DNA from: an uncultured Gemmatimonadales bacterium | GTDB lineage: Bacteria > Gemmatimonadota > Gemmatimonadetes > Gemmatimonadales > Gemmatimonadaceae | Assembly: GCA_963701965.1 (NCBI GenBank) | Contig: OY969695.1 | Coordinates: 4,384,001 to 4,448,000 of the forward strand | Length of the DNA: 64,000 nucleotides | Direction: 5' to 3' | In this document: positions 21,670 to 31,571 of the stretch, piece by piece | Numbering within the stretch: the first letter of the stretch is position 1 | Layout of the letters: each line of letters opens with the position of its first letter | Notes under the pieces: generated by a model | What the model was told of the DNA's origin: nothing | What the model saw: only the letters and a program-made list of their open reading frames with translations | Databases searched by the model: none | Translations under genes and position numbers: made by a program

Positions 21670-24647
21670 CAAGCCGTCGGTGGCTCGCGCCTGCGTCCTT
21701 GGTGGCGCTGGCGCTCATGTTCGCCTGTCTCAAGGGACGGGGCCCCACGGACGCCGGGGCCAGCGACGTGCGGTTCGCGTTGCACACGCAGGTGACGTCG
21801 ACGGCGGGATCCGACCTGCACGTGCGGGTCGTGTATCTCGATCAGCCGGCCACGGGAGACACCACGCCGGTGCCGGTGAATCTTGTGGACCAGCGGTTTC
21901 CGGTGACGACGGGCACGATCCGGCTGCCGCTGACGGTGGATCTGTCGCGATGCCTCGCCGATCCGCGCCGCTTGGTGCCGGGCACGCTGTGCCAGCTGAT
22001 CGTGTCGATCGCGTTGGAGCAAAACGGGGTCGCGGTGGACAGCACGACGCTGCCGCCGGTCGCGGTGGTGCCGGGACAGGTGATCGACGACACGACGTCG
22101 GTCAGCGCGGTGGGCCAGGTGAAGGTGGTGCCCGCGGAGACGAGTGTCGCCGTGGGCGGGACCGTGCAGTTGTCGGACACGGTGTTCGACATCAACAACG
22201 TGGCGCTGCCGGGTCACGCGGTGACGTGGGCGAGCGCCGCCGACACGGTGGCGACGGTGAACGCGACGGGCCTGGTCACGGGGGTGCGGGCCGGCACGAC
22301 GCAGATCACGGCCAGCGCCGGCGGACAGGTGGGCACGGCGCTGCTGACGGTGACGCCGGGGGCGGCCGGGGGCGGGGGACTGACGCTGCAGATCGGCACG
22401 GTCTCGTTCTCGGCGCCGGCCGGGGGCACGCTGCCAGCGAACGGGTTCATTGGGGTCACGTCGAGCGACACGACGACGGTGGGTGGTCTGACAGCGACCG
22501 TGACGTACGGCGCGGGGGCCACGGGGTGGCTGTCGGCCAATGTGAGCGACAGCTCGTTCGGGAGCGTAGCCACGAAGCCCAAGCCGGGCCTCGGCATGTC
22601 GGGCCTCGCCATGTCCGGTCTGCGGTCAAGGCTGCGGGCCCAGGGCAGTGTGCACGCGCTGGCCGGAAGTAACGTCACGACGCCGGCGACGCTGGACGTG
22701 GTGCCGAACACGACGGGTCTCGCGGTGGGGACGTACACGGCGACGGTGACGGTGAGCGGGAGCGGCGGGCAAACGGCGACGCTCAATGTGTCCTACGCCA
22801 TCAGTTCCGGCGCGCTCATCGAATCCAATCCACCGTCGATGCTCGACACGGCGAACGCCGGCGGCTCGCCCGTGACGAAGCCGATCGCGATCTTCAACGG
22901 CGGGACAGGGTCGCTCAGCGGCCTGTCGACCAGCATCACGTTCACCAACGGCACGGGATGGGCAACGGCGACGCTCAACTCGCCGACCGCACCCGACACC
23001 GTCTCGGTGACCATGAAGCCGGCCACGCTGGCCGCCGGCGACTACGCGGCCGTCCTGACGGTCTCGTCATCGCTCGCTGGAGTCCCGCCGCGCAACATCG
23101 CGCTGGAGTTCGAGGTCCTGACCGGCCCGACGCTCGGATTCTCGGCGCCGACATTGAACTTCAGCCAGTACAAGGACGGCAGCACGCTCGCCGGCGCCCA
23201 GACCACGACGGCGATCAACACGGGCACGGGCACGCTGGGACAGGTCTCGGAGGCCGGAGCGATCACCTATGGGTCCGGCGCCACCGGATGGCTGACGTTA
23301 TCCGTCAGCGGCACGACGATCACGGCGCAGCCAAACACGGCGGCCTTGCCGCTCGGCAACTTCACGTCGACCATCCCTTTCAACGCCGTCGGCGCCACCA
23401 ACAATCCGCAGCTCCTGACCGTGAACGTGGGCTCCGGGGTGACGTATACGAAAGTCGTGGTCGGCGAGACGTTCGCCTGCGGCCTCACCACCGCGGGCAC
23501 CGTCTACTGCTGGGGCACTGAGACCTTCGGCGAGCTTGGGAACGGCGTCACCAGTCTCGTCTCGGCCACGCCCCTCCAGGCGCAGATCCCCGGGCTGGGG
23601 GGCCCGAATCAGATCAAGGTCACCGACGTCTCAGCCGGCGAGAATCACGTCTGCGTGCTGCTCTCGACGAGCATCGTCGATTGTTGGGGCCGGAACGATC
23701 GCGGGCAGGCAGGAACCGGCACCGCGGGTGGCCCGGTGCTCACGCCGACCGCGGTCACGGGAACGTGGAAAGCCATCAGCGCCGGCGGGTTGTTCACGTG
23801 CGCCATCGAGACGGGCGCCACCGCCTACGTCGAATGCTGGGGTGACAACTCGAAGGGGCAGCTGGGATCAGGCACGACGGACGCGAATACGCACCCGGTG
23901 CCCACGAACTCGGGATTCTTCATGTACACGTCGGTCAGCGCCGGCTTCGATCACGCCTGCGGTATTCAGAGTGGCTCGGTCGAGTGCTGGGGCAGCAATG
24001 TTTCCGGCCAGGTCGGTAATGGGCAGTCGGCCGACACCGTGCCGTCGGCGCAGTTCGCGCCGCTCGCGAGCGGAGCCGTCAATGCCGTGAGCGTCAGTGC
24101 CGGCAACGGGTTTAGCTGCGCCACCGATACGAATGGGAATGCGTGGTGCTGGGGCGATAATCAGTTCGGGGAGTTGGGGCTCGGGACGACATCGACGACC
24201 CCGACGGTCACGCCCACCGAGATCACGAACGTCGGCGGATTCACCGTCTTGAGCGCGGGATTCGAGCACGCCTGTGGGGTGAGCAACGGGCTGGCCGTCT
24301 GCTGGGGCGACAACACGTCCGGTGAGCTGGGTACGGGGACCGCCGGCAGTCCCGCGACTTTGCCGACCACGGTTCTGACGGGCGGCGCGTCGTCCTTTCA
24401 GGTGGCGACGGCGGCGGGCGTCGGATCAGTGTCCTGCATCATTCTGGGAAGCTCGGACTCGGTCGGCTGCTTCGGCGACGCGACCAAGGGTCAGATGGGC
24501 AATGGCTCGACGACCGGGCAAGTCGCCCAGCCGGGCGCGGTCTCGTTCCAGCCCACGCCGCCGGGCGTGAACCCGTCGCACGTCGTACCGCGACGGCCGG
24601 GCCCGACCATCAAGGCGCGACAGTCGGTACGCACACGAAGCCGGTGA
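21666..24647 (+). CDS. Large lipoprotein B, paralog of A: same N-terminal/Ig/first BACON-like part, divergent distal stalk and 7 RCC1-like repeats
   Basis: Start MTSRRW at 21666 (ATGA overlap with the stop of A); LMFAC lipobox; seven C(W/F)G..N..G(Q/E)LG blades. Confidence 0.85.
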   Translation: MTSRRWLAPASLVALALMFACLKGRGPTDAGASDVRFALHTQVTSTAGSDLHVRVVYLDQPATGDTTPVPVNLVDQRFPVTTGTIRLPLTVDLSRCLADPRRLVPGTLCQLIVSIALEQNGVAVDSTTLPPVAVVPGQVIDDTTSVSAVGQVKVVPAETSVAVGGTVQLSDTVFDINNVALPGHAVTWASAADTVATVNATGLVTGVRAGTTQITASAGGQVGTALLTVTPGAAGGGGLTLQIGTVSFSAPAGGTLPANGFIGVTSSDTTTVGGLTATVTYGAGATGWLSANVSDSSFGSVATKPKPGLGMSGLAMSGLRSRLRAQGSVHALAGSNVTTPATLDVVPNTTGLAVGTYTATVTVSGSGGQTATLNVSYAISSGALIESNPPSMLDTANAGGSPVTKPIAIFNGGTGSLSGLSTSITFTNGTGWATATLNSPTAPDTVSVTMKPATLAAGDYAAVLTVSSSLAGVPPRNIALEFEVLTGPTLGFSAPTLNFSQYKDGSTLAGAQTTTAINTGTGTLGQVSEAGAITYGSGATGWLTLSVSGTTITAQPNTAALPLGNFTSTIPFNAVGATNNPQLLTVNVGSGVTYTKVVVGETFACGLTTAGTVYCWGTETFGELGNGVTSLVSATPLQAQIPGLGGPNQIKVTDVSAGENHVCVLLSTSIVDCWGRNDRGQAGTGTAGGPVLTPTAVTGTWKAISAGGLFTCAIETGATAYVECWGDNSKGQLGSGTTDANTHPVPTNSGFFMYTSVSAGFDHACGIQSGSVECWGSNVSGQVGNGQSADTVPSAQFAPLASGAVNAVSVSAGNGFSCATDTNGNAWCWGDNQFGELGLGTTSTTPTVTPTEITNVGGFTVLSAGFEHACGVSNGLAVCWGDNTSGELGTGTAGSPATLPTTVLTGGASSFQVATAAGVGSVSCIILGSSDSVGCFGDATKGQMGNGSTTGQVAQPGAVSFQPTPPGVNPSHVVPRRPGPTIKARQSVRTRSR
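21705..22804 (+). repeat. Copy 2 of the ~1.1 kb near-identical direct repeat
   Basis: Matches 18679..19796. Confidence 0.95.
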
Positions 24648-27600
24648 AGTAGCCCGGCTTCATGATCGCCGGCGCATCGCCGACGGTCAGCTCGAACGTG
24701 AATTTGATCGGAGTCCCGTTCGTCAACTGGGCCACGCCCGTGCCGCTGTGCATGCCCCAATCGAAGTTGGGGAGCGTGCCCGCCATGCGCCAGGCGTCGG
24801 CCTTCTGCAGGAGGTCGAACCCGGCCCACGGTCCGCTCGTCTGGAGCAGCGTGATCTCCTGATTGTTGACCGTCGCGGTCACGCTCGCGGTGTGTCCCGT
24901 GCCGGGGTTCCACACAAACGGCGACGGCCCTGGATTCCGCTTCGTGAATCGCACCGTCGTGTTGTCCATGATCACCGTCACCGCGGGCAGGAAATCGTTG
25001 ATGGCCACGGGACGCAGCGTCATGTCGATCTCCGGCGTCGGATTCGTGCCCCGGAACAAGGCCGCCGACACCGCGGCCGCTTTGTTGAAGAAGGCCACGA
25101 ACGCCGGCGAGATCGCCACCGCCGATGTGGGCGCCGCCGCGTAGTCCGCGCCCTGCTTGATCAACACCGCCTGCAGCTGGCTGTCGTACATCTTCCAGAG
25201 GGCGCCGGTCTGCGGCGCGAACACGGCCGTGACATCGGCGGCGGATGCCGGATCGGTCGCCGACGGATTGAACGGGTACTTCGCCAGCACCGGTTTGGCG
25301 ACGGCGCAGAAGCCCGATCCCGCGCCATTGAGCGGACCCTTGCCCACCACGCGGAGCAGGGCGTTGGTGTAGTCGATCGGGGATTGCATGAGACGCTGCA
25401 CCGTGCTGGCGATGCCCACGTCGCTGCCGACCCGAAATCCCTGCGCCACCTGCGTGGCCGCCAACAACGCGGGCTGCACGCTCTGGCGCGCCTGTTCCAC
25501 CGCCGGCCCATTGCCGCCCGGCGGCGCGATCGCCGCCGCCTGCACGGTCGTCTGCATCTGCGCCAGCGCGTTGATATAGGGCGCGTTCTTTTCGCCGACC
25601 AGCTTATCCGCCGTCCCCGGCGGGGTCACGAAGTGCACCGGCTGAAACACGTTGGCCGCCATCTGCGAGTCGACGGCCGTGTTTTGCGCGGCGACCTGCA
25701 GCAGCTCGAGCAGCGGCGACTGGTTGCCGCCCAGCAGGGCCAGTTTCTTGGCCGCGTCGCCGAGCCCGTCGAAGTGCAGCACGGTCGCCGACGATAGGTA
25801 GGTCCGCCACTGCTTCGCGTAGTCGGCCGCGTAGCGCGCCTTGAGATCGTTGCGCAGCTTCGCGCGATCGACCCGCGCGCTGGTGTCGCTGCCCAATACC
25901 CACGTCTCCCCCGCCAGGAGCTTATCGACGTTGGCGAACGAGTTCTGCACCGCGGCCCACCCCTGGGCCGTGAAGGCGCCGGGGACCTGATAGGCATCGA
26001 CGACGGCGGCGGACGACCCGGGGAACGCGCGATTGAACTGGACGGCGGGGATGACGCGCGACGCGTCCTGAATGCGGAACTGGTAGATCTGGTCGGCGAC
26101 GGCGAACTGCGACAAGAATCCGCGCGCGTGGGCCACCGCCGCCAGGTCGGCGCCAATCACGTACGGATTCGCCACGGCCAGCTCCGTCGCGTAGCGATCG
26201 AATTGCCGCTTGGCGAGATCGAGGCGCGTCGTGTCGACCGAGCGCCCGGACAGCCAGGTCGCCGTCAGCACCGGCGTCAGAAACTCGGGCGTGCTCTTGG
26301 CCCAGTCGCTGGTCGTGATGAGATAGGCCTTGAGGGCGTTGTACCACGCGCCGTAGTCGTCGGTGGGGCGCGGCGCCGCCGGCAGATTGCGGAGGTTGGC
26401 CGCGAGGTTCGTGCGCGTGCCCTCGAACATCGCGCGCGCGAATCCGTCGAAGTACGCCGCCCGCACGGCGGGATAGAGTGCGCCGCCCGTGTACAGGCCC
26501 CACTTGAGGTGGAGCGGGGCCCCGTCGTGCTCGTAGCCGCTGAGCAGCGTCAAGTAGCTCCCCAGCGAGTCGAGCCGGCGCAGCGCATCGACGTTGGCGA
26601 TGTTGGCGCCGGCCGGCGGAAGCACGGCGACCGCGCGTGCCGCTTCCTGCGCGCCGCTCTCAATGGCGCGGTTCCCGAGGAACGAGACCGTCCATCCGAC
26701 CGCCAGCACCAGGCAGGCCGCCGCGGCGATGGCCAGCGCCGTCCGCCGCAGCGCGTCGATGCGGGCCCCGGCGCGCGTGGCGGCCAGCGCGGCGTCATCG
26801 GCGAGGACGACCTCGCGCATGATGCGATCCAGAAACAACCACCGGGGCACACGCCGTGGACCGTGGACCGGTGCCGCGGCCAAGGCCGCCGCGGCGGCCG
26901 CTTGCCCCTTGAACACGTTCGTGGCGTTGGCGGCCAGGATCGGCGTCGGCGTCGCGGCGGAGACGGCGGCCGCGGGCGCGACGTCCTGCACGACGATGGC
27001 CTGCACGCCCGTGAAGTAGAACCCGCGGAGGAACGGATTGACCTGGAGCGCGCTCGGCTTGCACAGCTCCAGGAGAAACTCGACCACGAGCGGCGCCAGC
27101 TTGCGGAACTCGCGGGGAAACTCGTAGGCGCTGGGCTTGAACTCGTTGCCGTGCTCGCGGGGCAGAAGTTCCACCCGGCGCGTGGCGAGCGAATGAAACA
27201 GGGCGTGGAACTCGGCGTTGAGTCGCGGACCCGCCCGATCGGCATACGACCCTGTCGTGCCCGTGTCCGCGGGCAGCGTGACGCCCAGCGGCTCGCGAAC
27301 TTCTTCGGCCGAGAAGTTCCGCACGTAATCGGCGAAGTACGGAATGCGATCGGCTTTCGTGAACAGCACGTAGACCGGGAGCCGGACGCCGAGGTGTTTC
27401 GCCAGCGCTGCCAAACGCTCGGCCAGCGGCCGCGCCACCGCGGCGGCGGACTGTCCCGGCTTCACCAACTCATCGCACGCCACGCAGACGACCGCGGCGC
27501 GGGGGGCCTGCGCCCGCCCGGTGAACGCCGCGGCGAAGCGACGCGGCTGCACGTGTTCGATGACTTTGGCCCAGTCCGCGGCATCGGACGCCAGTGCCCC

Positions 27601-28071
27601 GCCGGTATCGAAGAACACGGCGCCCTGGCCGTACCACAGATTGGCCGACGCCGTCGGCGCGATCGCATCGCCGCGATAGACGGCGCCGGCCAGGAGCTCG
27701 GGCTCGAGTCCCGAACGCACGACGGTCGTCGTCTTCGCCGAGCCGGGAGGACCCAGCACGACGAGCATCGGGAGCCGGGTCATGTCCGTCTTCTTGCCCA
27801 CCGGCGACGCGGCAAAATGCGCGCGCGCCGCGGCCACCACGGCGTCGATGTCGTCCGCCCGTCCGTCGCCGGTCGTTGGCGCCCCCGCCTTGGGCAACAG
27901 GAACCAGAGGAGGAGGCCCGCGGCGGCGATCCCGAGCAGCGACAGGCCGCCGCCCAGCATCAAAAGGTCGGCGCCGTGGAGCTTGAGCAAAAAGCCCAGT
28001 CCCCAGGCGACGACGAGATAGATCAGGAGACCGACGAGGGTCCCGACCCAAAGCGTGCGTGGACGGATCAC
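24610..28071 (-). CDS. tssM: T6SS membrane subunit TssM (IcmF family)
   Basis: GTG start (VIRPRTLW) overlapping the tssL stop; N-terminal TMs, Walker A GPPGSAKTT, RLPVYVLFTKAD, FLRGFYFT, YNALKAYL, KYPF, GPWAGF. Confidence 0.88.
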   Translation of the reverse strand: MIRPRTLWVGTLVGLLIYLVVAWGLGFLLKLHGADLLMLGGGLSLLGIAAAGLLLWFLLPKAGAPTTGDGRADDIDAVVAAARAHFAASPVGKKTDMTRLPMLVVLGPPGSAKTTTVVRSGLEPELLAGAVYRGDAIAPTASANLWYGQGAVFFDTGGALASDAADWAKVIEHVQPRRFAAAFTGRAQAPRAAVVCVACDELVKPGQSAAAVARPLAERLAALAKHLGVRLPVYVLFTKADRIPYFADYVRNFSAEEVREPLGVTLPADTGTTGSYADRAGPRLNAEFHALFHSLATRRVELLPREHGNEFKPSAYEFPREFRKLAPLVVEFLLELCKPSALQVNPFLRGFYFTGVQAIVVQDVAPAAAVSAATPTPILAANATNVFKGQAAAAAALAAAPVHGPRRVPRWLFLDRIMREVVLADDAALAATRAGARIDALRRTALAIAAAACLVLAVGWTVSFLGNRAIESGAQEAARAVAVLPPAGANIANVDALRRLDSLGSYLTLLSGYEHDGAPLHLKWGLYTGGALYPAVRAAYFDGFARAMFEGTRTNLAANLRNLPAAPRPTDDYGAWYNALKAYLITTSDWAKSTPEFLTPVLTATWLSGRSVDTTRLDLAKRQFDRYATELAVANPYVIGADLAAVAHARGFLSQFAVADQIYQFRIQDASRVIPAVQFNRAFPGSSAAVVDAYQVPGAFTAQGWAAVQNSFANVDKLLAGETWVLGSDTSARVDRAKLRNDLKARYAADYAKQWRTYLSSATVLHFDGLGDAAKKLALLGGNQSPLLELLQVAAQNTAVDSQMAANVFQPVHFVTPPGTADKLVGEKNAPYINALAQMQTTVQAAAIAPPGGNGPAVEQARQSVQPALLAATQVAQGFRVGSDVGIASTVQRLMQSPIDYTNALLRVVGKGPLNGAGSGFCAVAKPVLAKYPFNPSATDPASAADVTAVFAPQTGALWKMYDSQLQAVLIKQGADYAAAPTSAVAISPAFVAFFNKAAAVSAALFRGTNPTPEIDMTLRPVAINDFLPAVTVIMDNTTVRFTKRNPGPSPFVWNPGTGHTASVTATVNNQEITLLQTSGPWAGFDLLQKADAWRMAGTLPNFDWGMHSGTGVAQLTNGTPIKFTFELTVGDAPAIMKPGYFTGFVCVPTVAP

Positions 28072-28763
28072 GCGTGGACTCCCGCTAGAGCCAAGCCCGA
28101 CTTCAGCACGACGACGTAGACGAGGAAGAGCGCGACGGCAATGACGGCGGTAACGCCGGCGACGACGCTCAAGCGTCGCACCCACGGATCGGTCGCCCGC
28201 GCCGGGATGACATCCTTGGGCGGGCGCCAGGAGCGGGAGAGCTCGTTGACGCCCTCTTTGCCGACCAGACCGCGCGCCCGGCGGATCTTGGAGCCGACCT
28301 GCGCGATCAGCGATTGGAGCTCGCCACTGTCACTGGCGCTGTAGCGGCCGTGGAAGCCGAGCAGCATGCCGAGTTGATAGACCTCGAGCAAGTCGGCCAA
28401 GGCTTCCGAATCCTGCCGCGTGAGCAACTGCCGCACTTGCTGAAAGAACGCTTCGCCGCCGACGTTGCCGCCGAACAGCTCGTCCTGCAGCGGCCGGCGC
28501 GGCCACTCGGCGAACATGGGATTGGACGAATTGAGGACCGACTCGTCGAGAAAGGCGACGGCGGCGAAGATCGCCAGCCGCACGTCGTCGCCCGAATACC
28601 CGGCGTCGAGGGCTTCGCGCTCGGCGATCCCGAGCAGATGCTTCACGTGCTCGCGGAAGGAGGCCGCGTCGGCGGCGACTTGCTTCTGGGCGCGCAGGCG
28701 GACGGTCGCCGTCAGCACCTCCTGCAGCGAGAGGGCCAACCGGCCGTGCTGCAGGGACGTCAT
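28068..28763 (-). CDS. tssL: T6SS TssL (DotU family), no OmpA domain
   Basis: AFLDESVL...W...PLQ..LF....GGE.FF, LEVY...LGF.GRY, C-terminal TM. Confidence 0.92.
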   Translation of the reverse strand: MTSLQHGRLALSLQEVLTATVRLRAQKQVAADAASFREHVKHLLGIAEREALDAGYSGDDVRLAIFAAVAFLDESVLNSSNPMFAEWPRRPLQDELFGGNVGGEAFFQQVRQLLTRQDSEALADLLEVYQLGMLLGFHGRYSASDSGELQSLIAQVGSKIRRARGLVGKEGVNELSRSWRPPKDVIPARATDPWVRRLSVVAGVTAVIAVALFLVYVVVLKSGLALAGVHA

Positions 28764-30088
28764 GACAGGATCACCGCCAACGCGATCGCGGCGTTGGGCA
28801 GGGCGTCGGGCACATAGACGCCGACCTCGCTGGTCTGCCGCAACGTTTCCCAACACGGACCGGAACGGGTCACGGCGAAATACTGCATATCGGAGTGGGC
28901 GACCAACGGCGAGGGCGGCACCGGCAGATGCGTGAGCGTCAGGCCGGGAAACTGTCGCTTCACGAGCTCCAGCGTGAACTTGGCCGAGCACATCTTCACG
29001 AGCCGGGGCACCCGGGTGATAGTCTCGGCCGCTCCGACGCTCGACGACACGCCCAGGATCCACGAGGCGTCGCCGAAACAACGGGCGTCGACGATCGGTC
29101 CCGTGTAGAGGGAAGACGCGCCGAGCGCGAGCGGCACGGCGACGAGCTTCGTGGGGACGATCAGTTCCAGGTGCTGCCGGATGTGATCGCGCAGGCGGCC
29201 GAGGCATCCGGCGAGATTGTCGTGATCGTACAGCGGCAGGTCGCGCGGGTGGGAGTCGAGCGCGAACGTGCACAGCGCCCCGGCGAGGCGGGACAGCTCC
29301 ACGTACAACTCCTCGGGATGGGCGCGGCGCGTGGCCAACTGGTGGCGTAAGACGGTGACCGCCGAGTCGATCGCGTGCAGCAGCCAGAAGTTCGCGACTT
29401 CGCGCGTCGCGAATTCCACGGGGGCCACCGCTCCGCGGTTGGCCGCGATCGCGTCGCCGCGGGCGTCGAGCGCGTCGATGATCTGCTGGAGGATCGCGGT
29501 GAGCGCGCGGCTGGCGCCGATCTGAAGGGACGGCGGGATGTAATCCGGATCGTACTGAAATCCGCCGGCGCCATCGCGGCGAATGACCGCCAGCGGCAGT
29601 GTGATCGCATCGGACGGCGCGTCAGTATCGAGCGACAGTTGGAAGTTCCGGCCGGCCAGGGTAACCGGGCGTTCATCGACCCCGGTCAGATCGTCGCGGC
29701 GCACGTCGGTGACGGCGCGATAGCGCGAGGCGTCGGCGCCGAGGTTGGCCGACGCGGGGCGATAGGGCGGCAGCGTCAGGAGCAGGCAATGGCTGTCGCG
29801 GGCCGGAGAGAACGTGTCACGGATGTCGCGGATCGAGGGCACGGGGTCGCCGTCCGGCATCTGGAACGGCGTCCCATCGGGCATCAGGCCACGGGCCAGC
29901 ACCACCGCGGCCGTGCCATTGCGCAGCGCATCGCGGTCCAGCTCACAGCCGGCGAGGCCCCAAGGGGCAAAAAACCCCTGTGACAGCGCGGTCGCGATGC
30001 AGTCTTCCACATACCGGCTCTGAGACTGAAAGTGGTGTTGAGCGAGGTGCATGCCCTCGCGCCACAAGACTTTCGCCAGGTCCCTCAT
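28760..30088 (-). CDS. tssK: T6SS baseplate subunit TssK (copy 1)
   Basis: KVLWREGMHL..HHFQ.Q, YIPPSL, FWLL, HPEELY..L..LAG.L, YDHDNL, GLTL.HLP.PP. Confidence 0.9.
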   Translation of the reverse strand: MRDLAKVLWREGMHLAQHHFQSQSRYVEDCIATALSQGFFAPWGLAGCELDRDALRNGTAAVVLARGLMPDGTPFQMPDGDPVPSIRDIRDTFSPARDSHCLLLTLPPYRPASANLGADASRYRAVTDVRRDDLTGVDERPVTLAGRNFQLSLDTDAPSDAITLPLAVIRRDGAGGFQYDPDYIPPSLQIGASRALTAILQQIIDALDARGDAIAANRGAVAPVEFATREVANFWLLHAIDSAVTVLRHQLATRRAHPEELYVELSRLAGALCTFALDSHPRDLPLYDHDNLAGCLGRLRDHIRQHLELIVPTKLVAVPLALGASSLYTGPIVDARCFGDASWILGVSSSVGAAETITRVPRLVKMCSAKFTLELVKRQFPGLTLTHLPVPPSPLVAHSDMQYFAVTRSGPCWETLRQTSEVGVYVPDALPNAAIALAVILS

Positions 30089-30120
30089 GGGGGTTATCGT
30101 GTCGAAGGAGAACGAAAACC

Positions 30121-31571
30121 ATGACGGGTGCTGAGTTCGCGTCAAAATACACCGTACTGAAGCCCCTCGACCAGCGGGGCATCAGGAGTTTCGTCGCCCA
30201 GGAGCAGGCGACGAGGCGTGCGGTGATGGTACACTGGCTGGATCAACTGGCGGATGCCGACCGTTCGGCGACGCTGGGCCGCCTGGAACGCCTCGGTGCC
30301 GAGGCGCGCGATCGCGTCCTCGCCGTCGAGACGGTCGACGGCGCGCCCGTGATCGTGACGCGCATGATCCTGGACTTCGATTCGCTCGCGAAATGGCTGG
30401 ATCGCGTGGCGCCGGCGCCCCAAGCGCCAGCCGCGCCGGCGTCCGGGGGCTTCACGGAAATGTTTCTTGCCGGGCGGCCCGCACCCGCTGCACCAGCCGC
30501 ACCCAAGGCACCCGCAGCGCCGGCCGCGCCGGCCGCGCCGGCGGCACTCGACTCGATGCCGACCATCGCCTGGCGACCGGGGGGCTCGGCGACGCCCGTC
30601 GCACCCCCTGCTGCCCCCCCACGCGGGCACCGGCGCCACCGGCGCCACCGGCGTCAACGGCGCCATCGCCACCGGCGTTCTCAGCGACGATGCCACCCAC
30701 GCCGGCGGCATCAGTGCCATCAGCACCCACGCCGATCGTGCCACCCGCGACGGCAACACCCGCCGCGCCGCCGCCGAAGGCGGCGCGAGGCCCAGCGATT
30801 TCGGTGAAGTTTCGCGAACCGGGCTCCGGCCCTCGTGTCGGCCAGGGTCCGGCAACGCCGCCCGCTCCACCGGCGGCGCCACTGCCGGCATCGGCCACGC
30901 CCGCGCCGGCTGCGCCCCCCGCGCCTCAAGCGCGGCCAACGCCGCCCAAGGCCGCCCCGGTCGACGCTCCAAAGCCGGCACCGGGCGAATTCACGCGGGT
31001 CTTCGGCGCGATTCACGGCGGCGATGCCGCGGCCCCGCCCGTGATCACTCCGTTGGCGACGCCTCAGGTATCACCGCCCAGCATGGGCGACGCTTCGTCG
31101 CGCCAGCCGTACCAGCTCCCCTCCTACGCGCCGCCACCCGCGGACCGTTCGACGCCAGGCGCCACGGCGGCCCTCGCCCGTCCGGTGATCCCTCCCGCGC
31201 CGCCGCCATCACCGGCGCCCGCGGCACCGCCGACGTCCTCGGCGTGGAGCGGTCCACCACCGGTGGTACCGCTGCCGCCGGCGCCGAGCATGACGCCGCC
31301 GGTTGCGCCGCCGATTCCGGGGATGAACGTGACGCCGGGTACGGTGGCACCCGCCCAACACGTGCCCAGCGATTTCACGCGCATCATCGGCGCCGCCAAC
31401 GCGGCCCCGGCGTCCCCTCGGGCCACCCCTGCGCCGAGTCCCCCTCCGACACCGGCGCCCGCCATTCCCTCGGCCGCGATGCCGCGCAAGATCATCGGGG
31501 TGATCGTCGCGCTGGCCAGCCTGGCGGTCGTCGGCCTCTCGCTCGTCCTACACTTTCTGTTCCGCCGCTAG
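30121..31571 (+). CDS. Pro/Ala-rich membrane-anchored protein with degenerate kinase N-lobe; -1 frameshift in a C7 run at 30614-30620
   Basis: AAGGAG RBS then MTGAEFASKYTVLKPL..RSFVAQE...RAVMVH (frame of ORF 29980). Pro-rich continuation and C-terminal TM IIGVIVALASLAVVGLSLVLHFLFRR in frame of ORF 30393. Confidence 0.65.

Noticed and set aside
18679..22804. Duplication as a diversity-generating retroelement TR/VR pair
   Set aside because: No reverse transcriptase; repeat is ~1.1 kb at the 5' end and mismatches are not adenine-specific
18643..24647. RCC1 proteins as T6SS-delivered effectors
   Set aside because: They carry lipoprotein signal peptides and Cys-paired extracellular-type repeats, implying Sec export rather than T6SS loading
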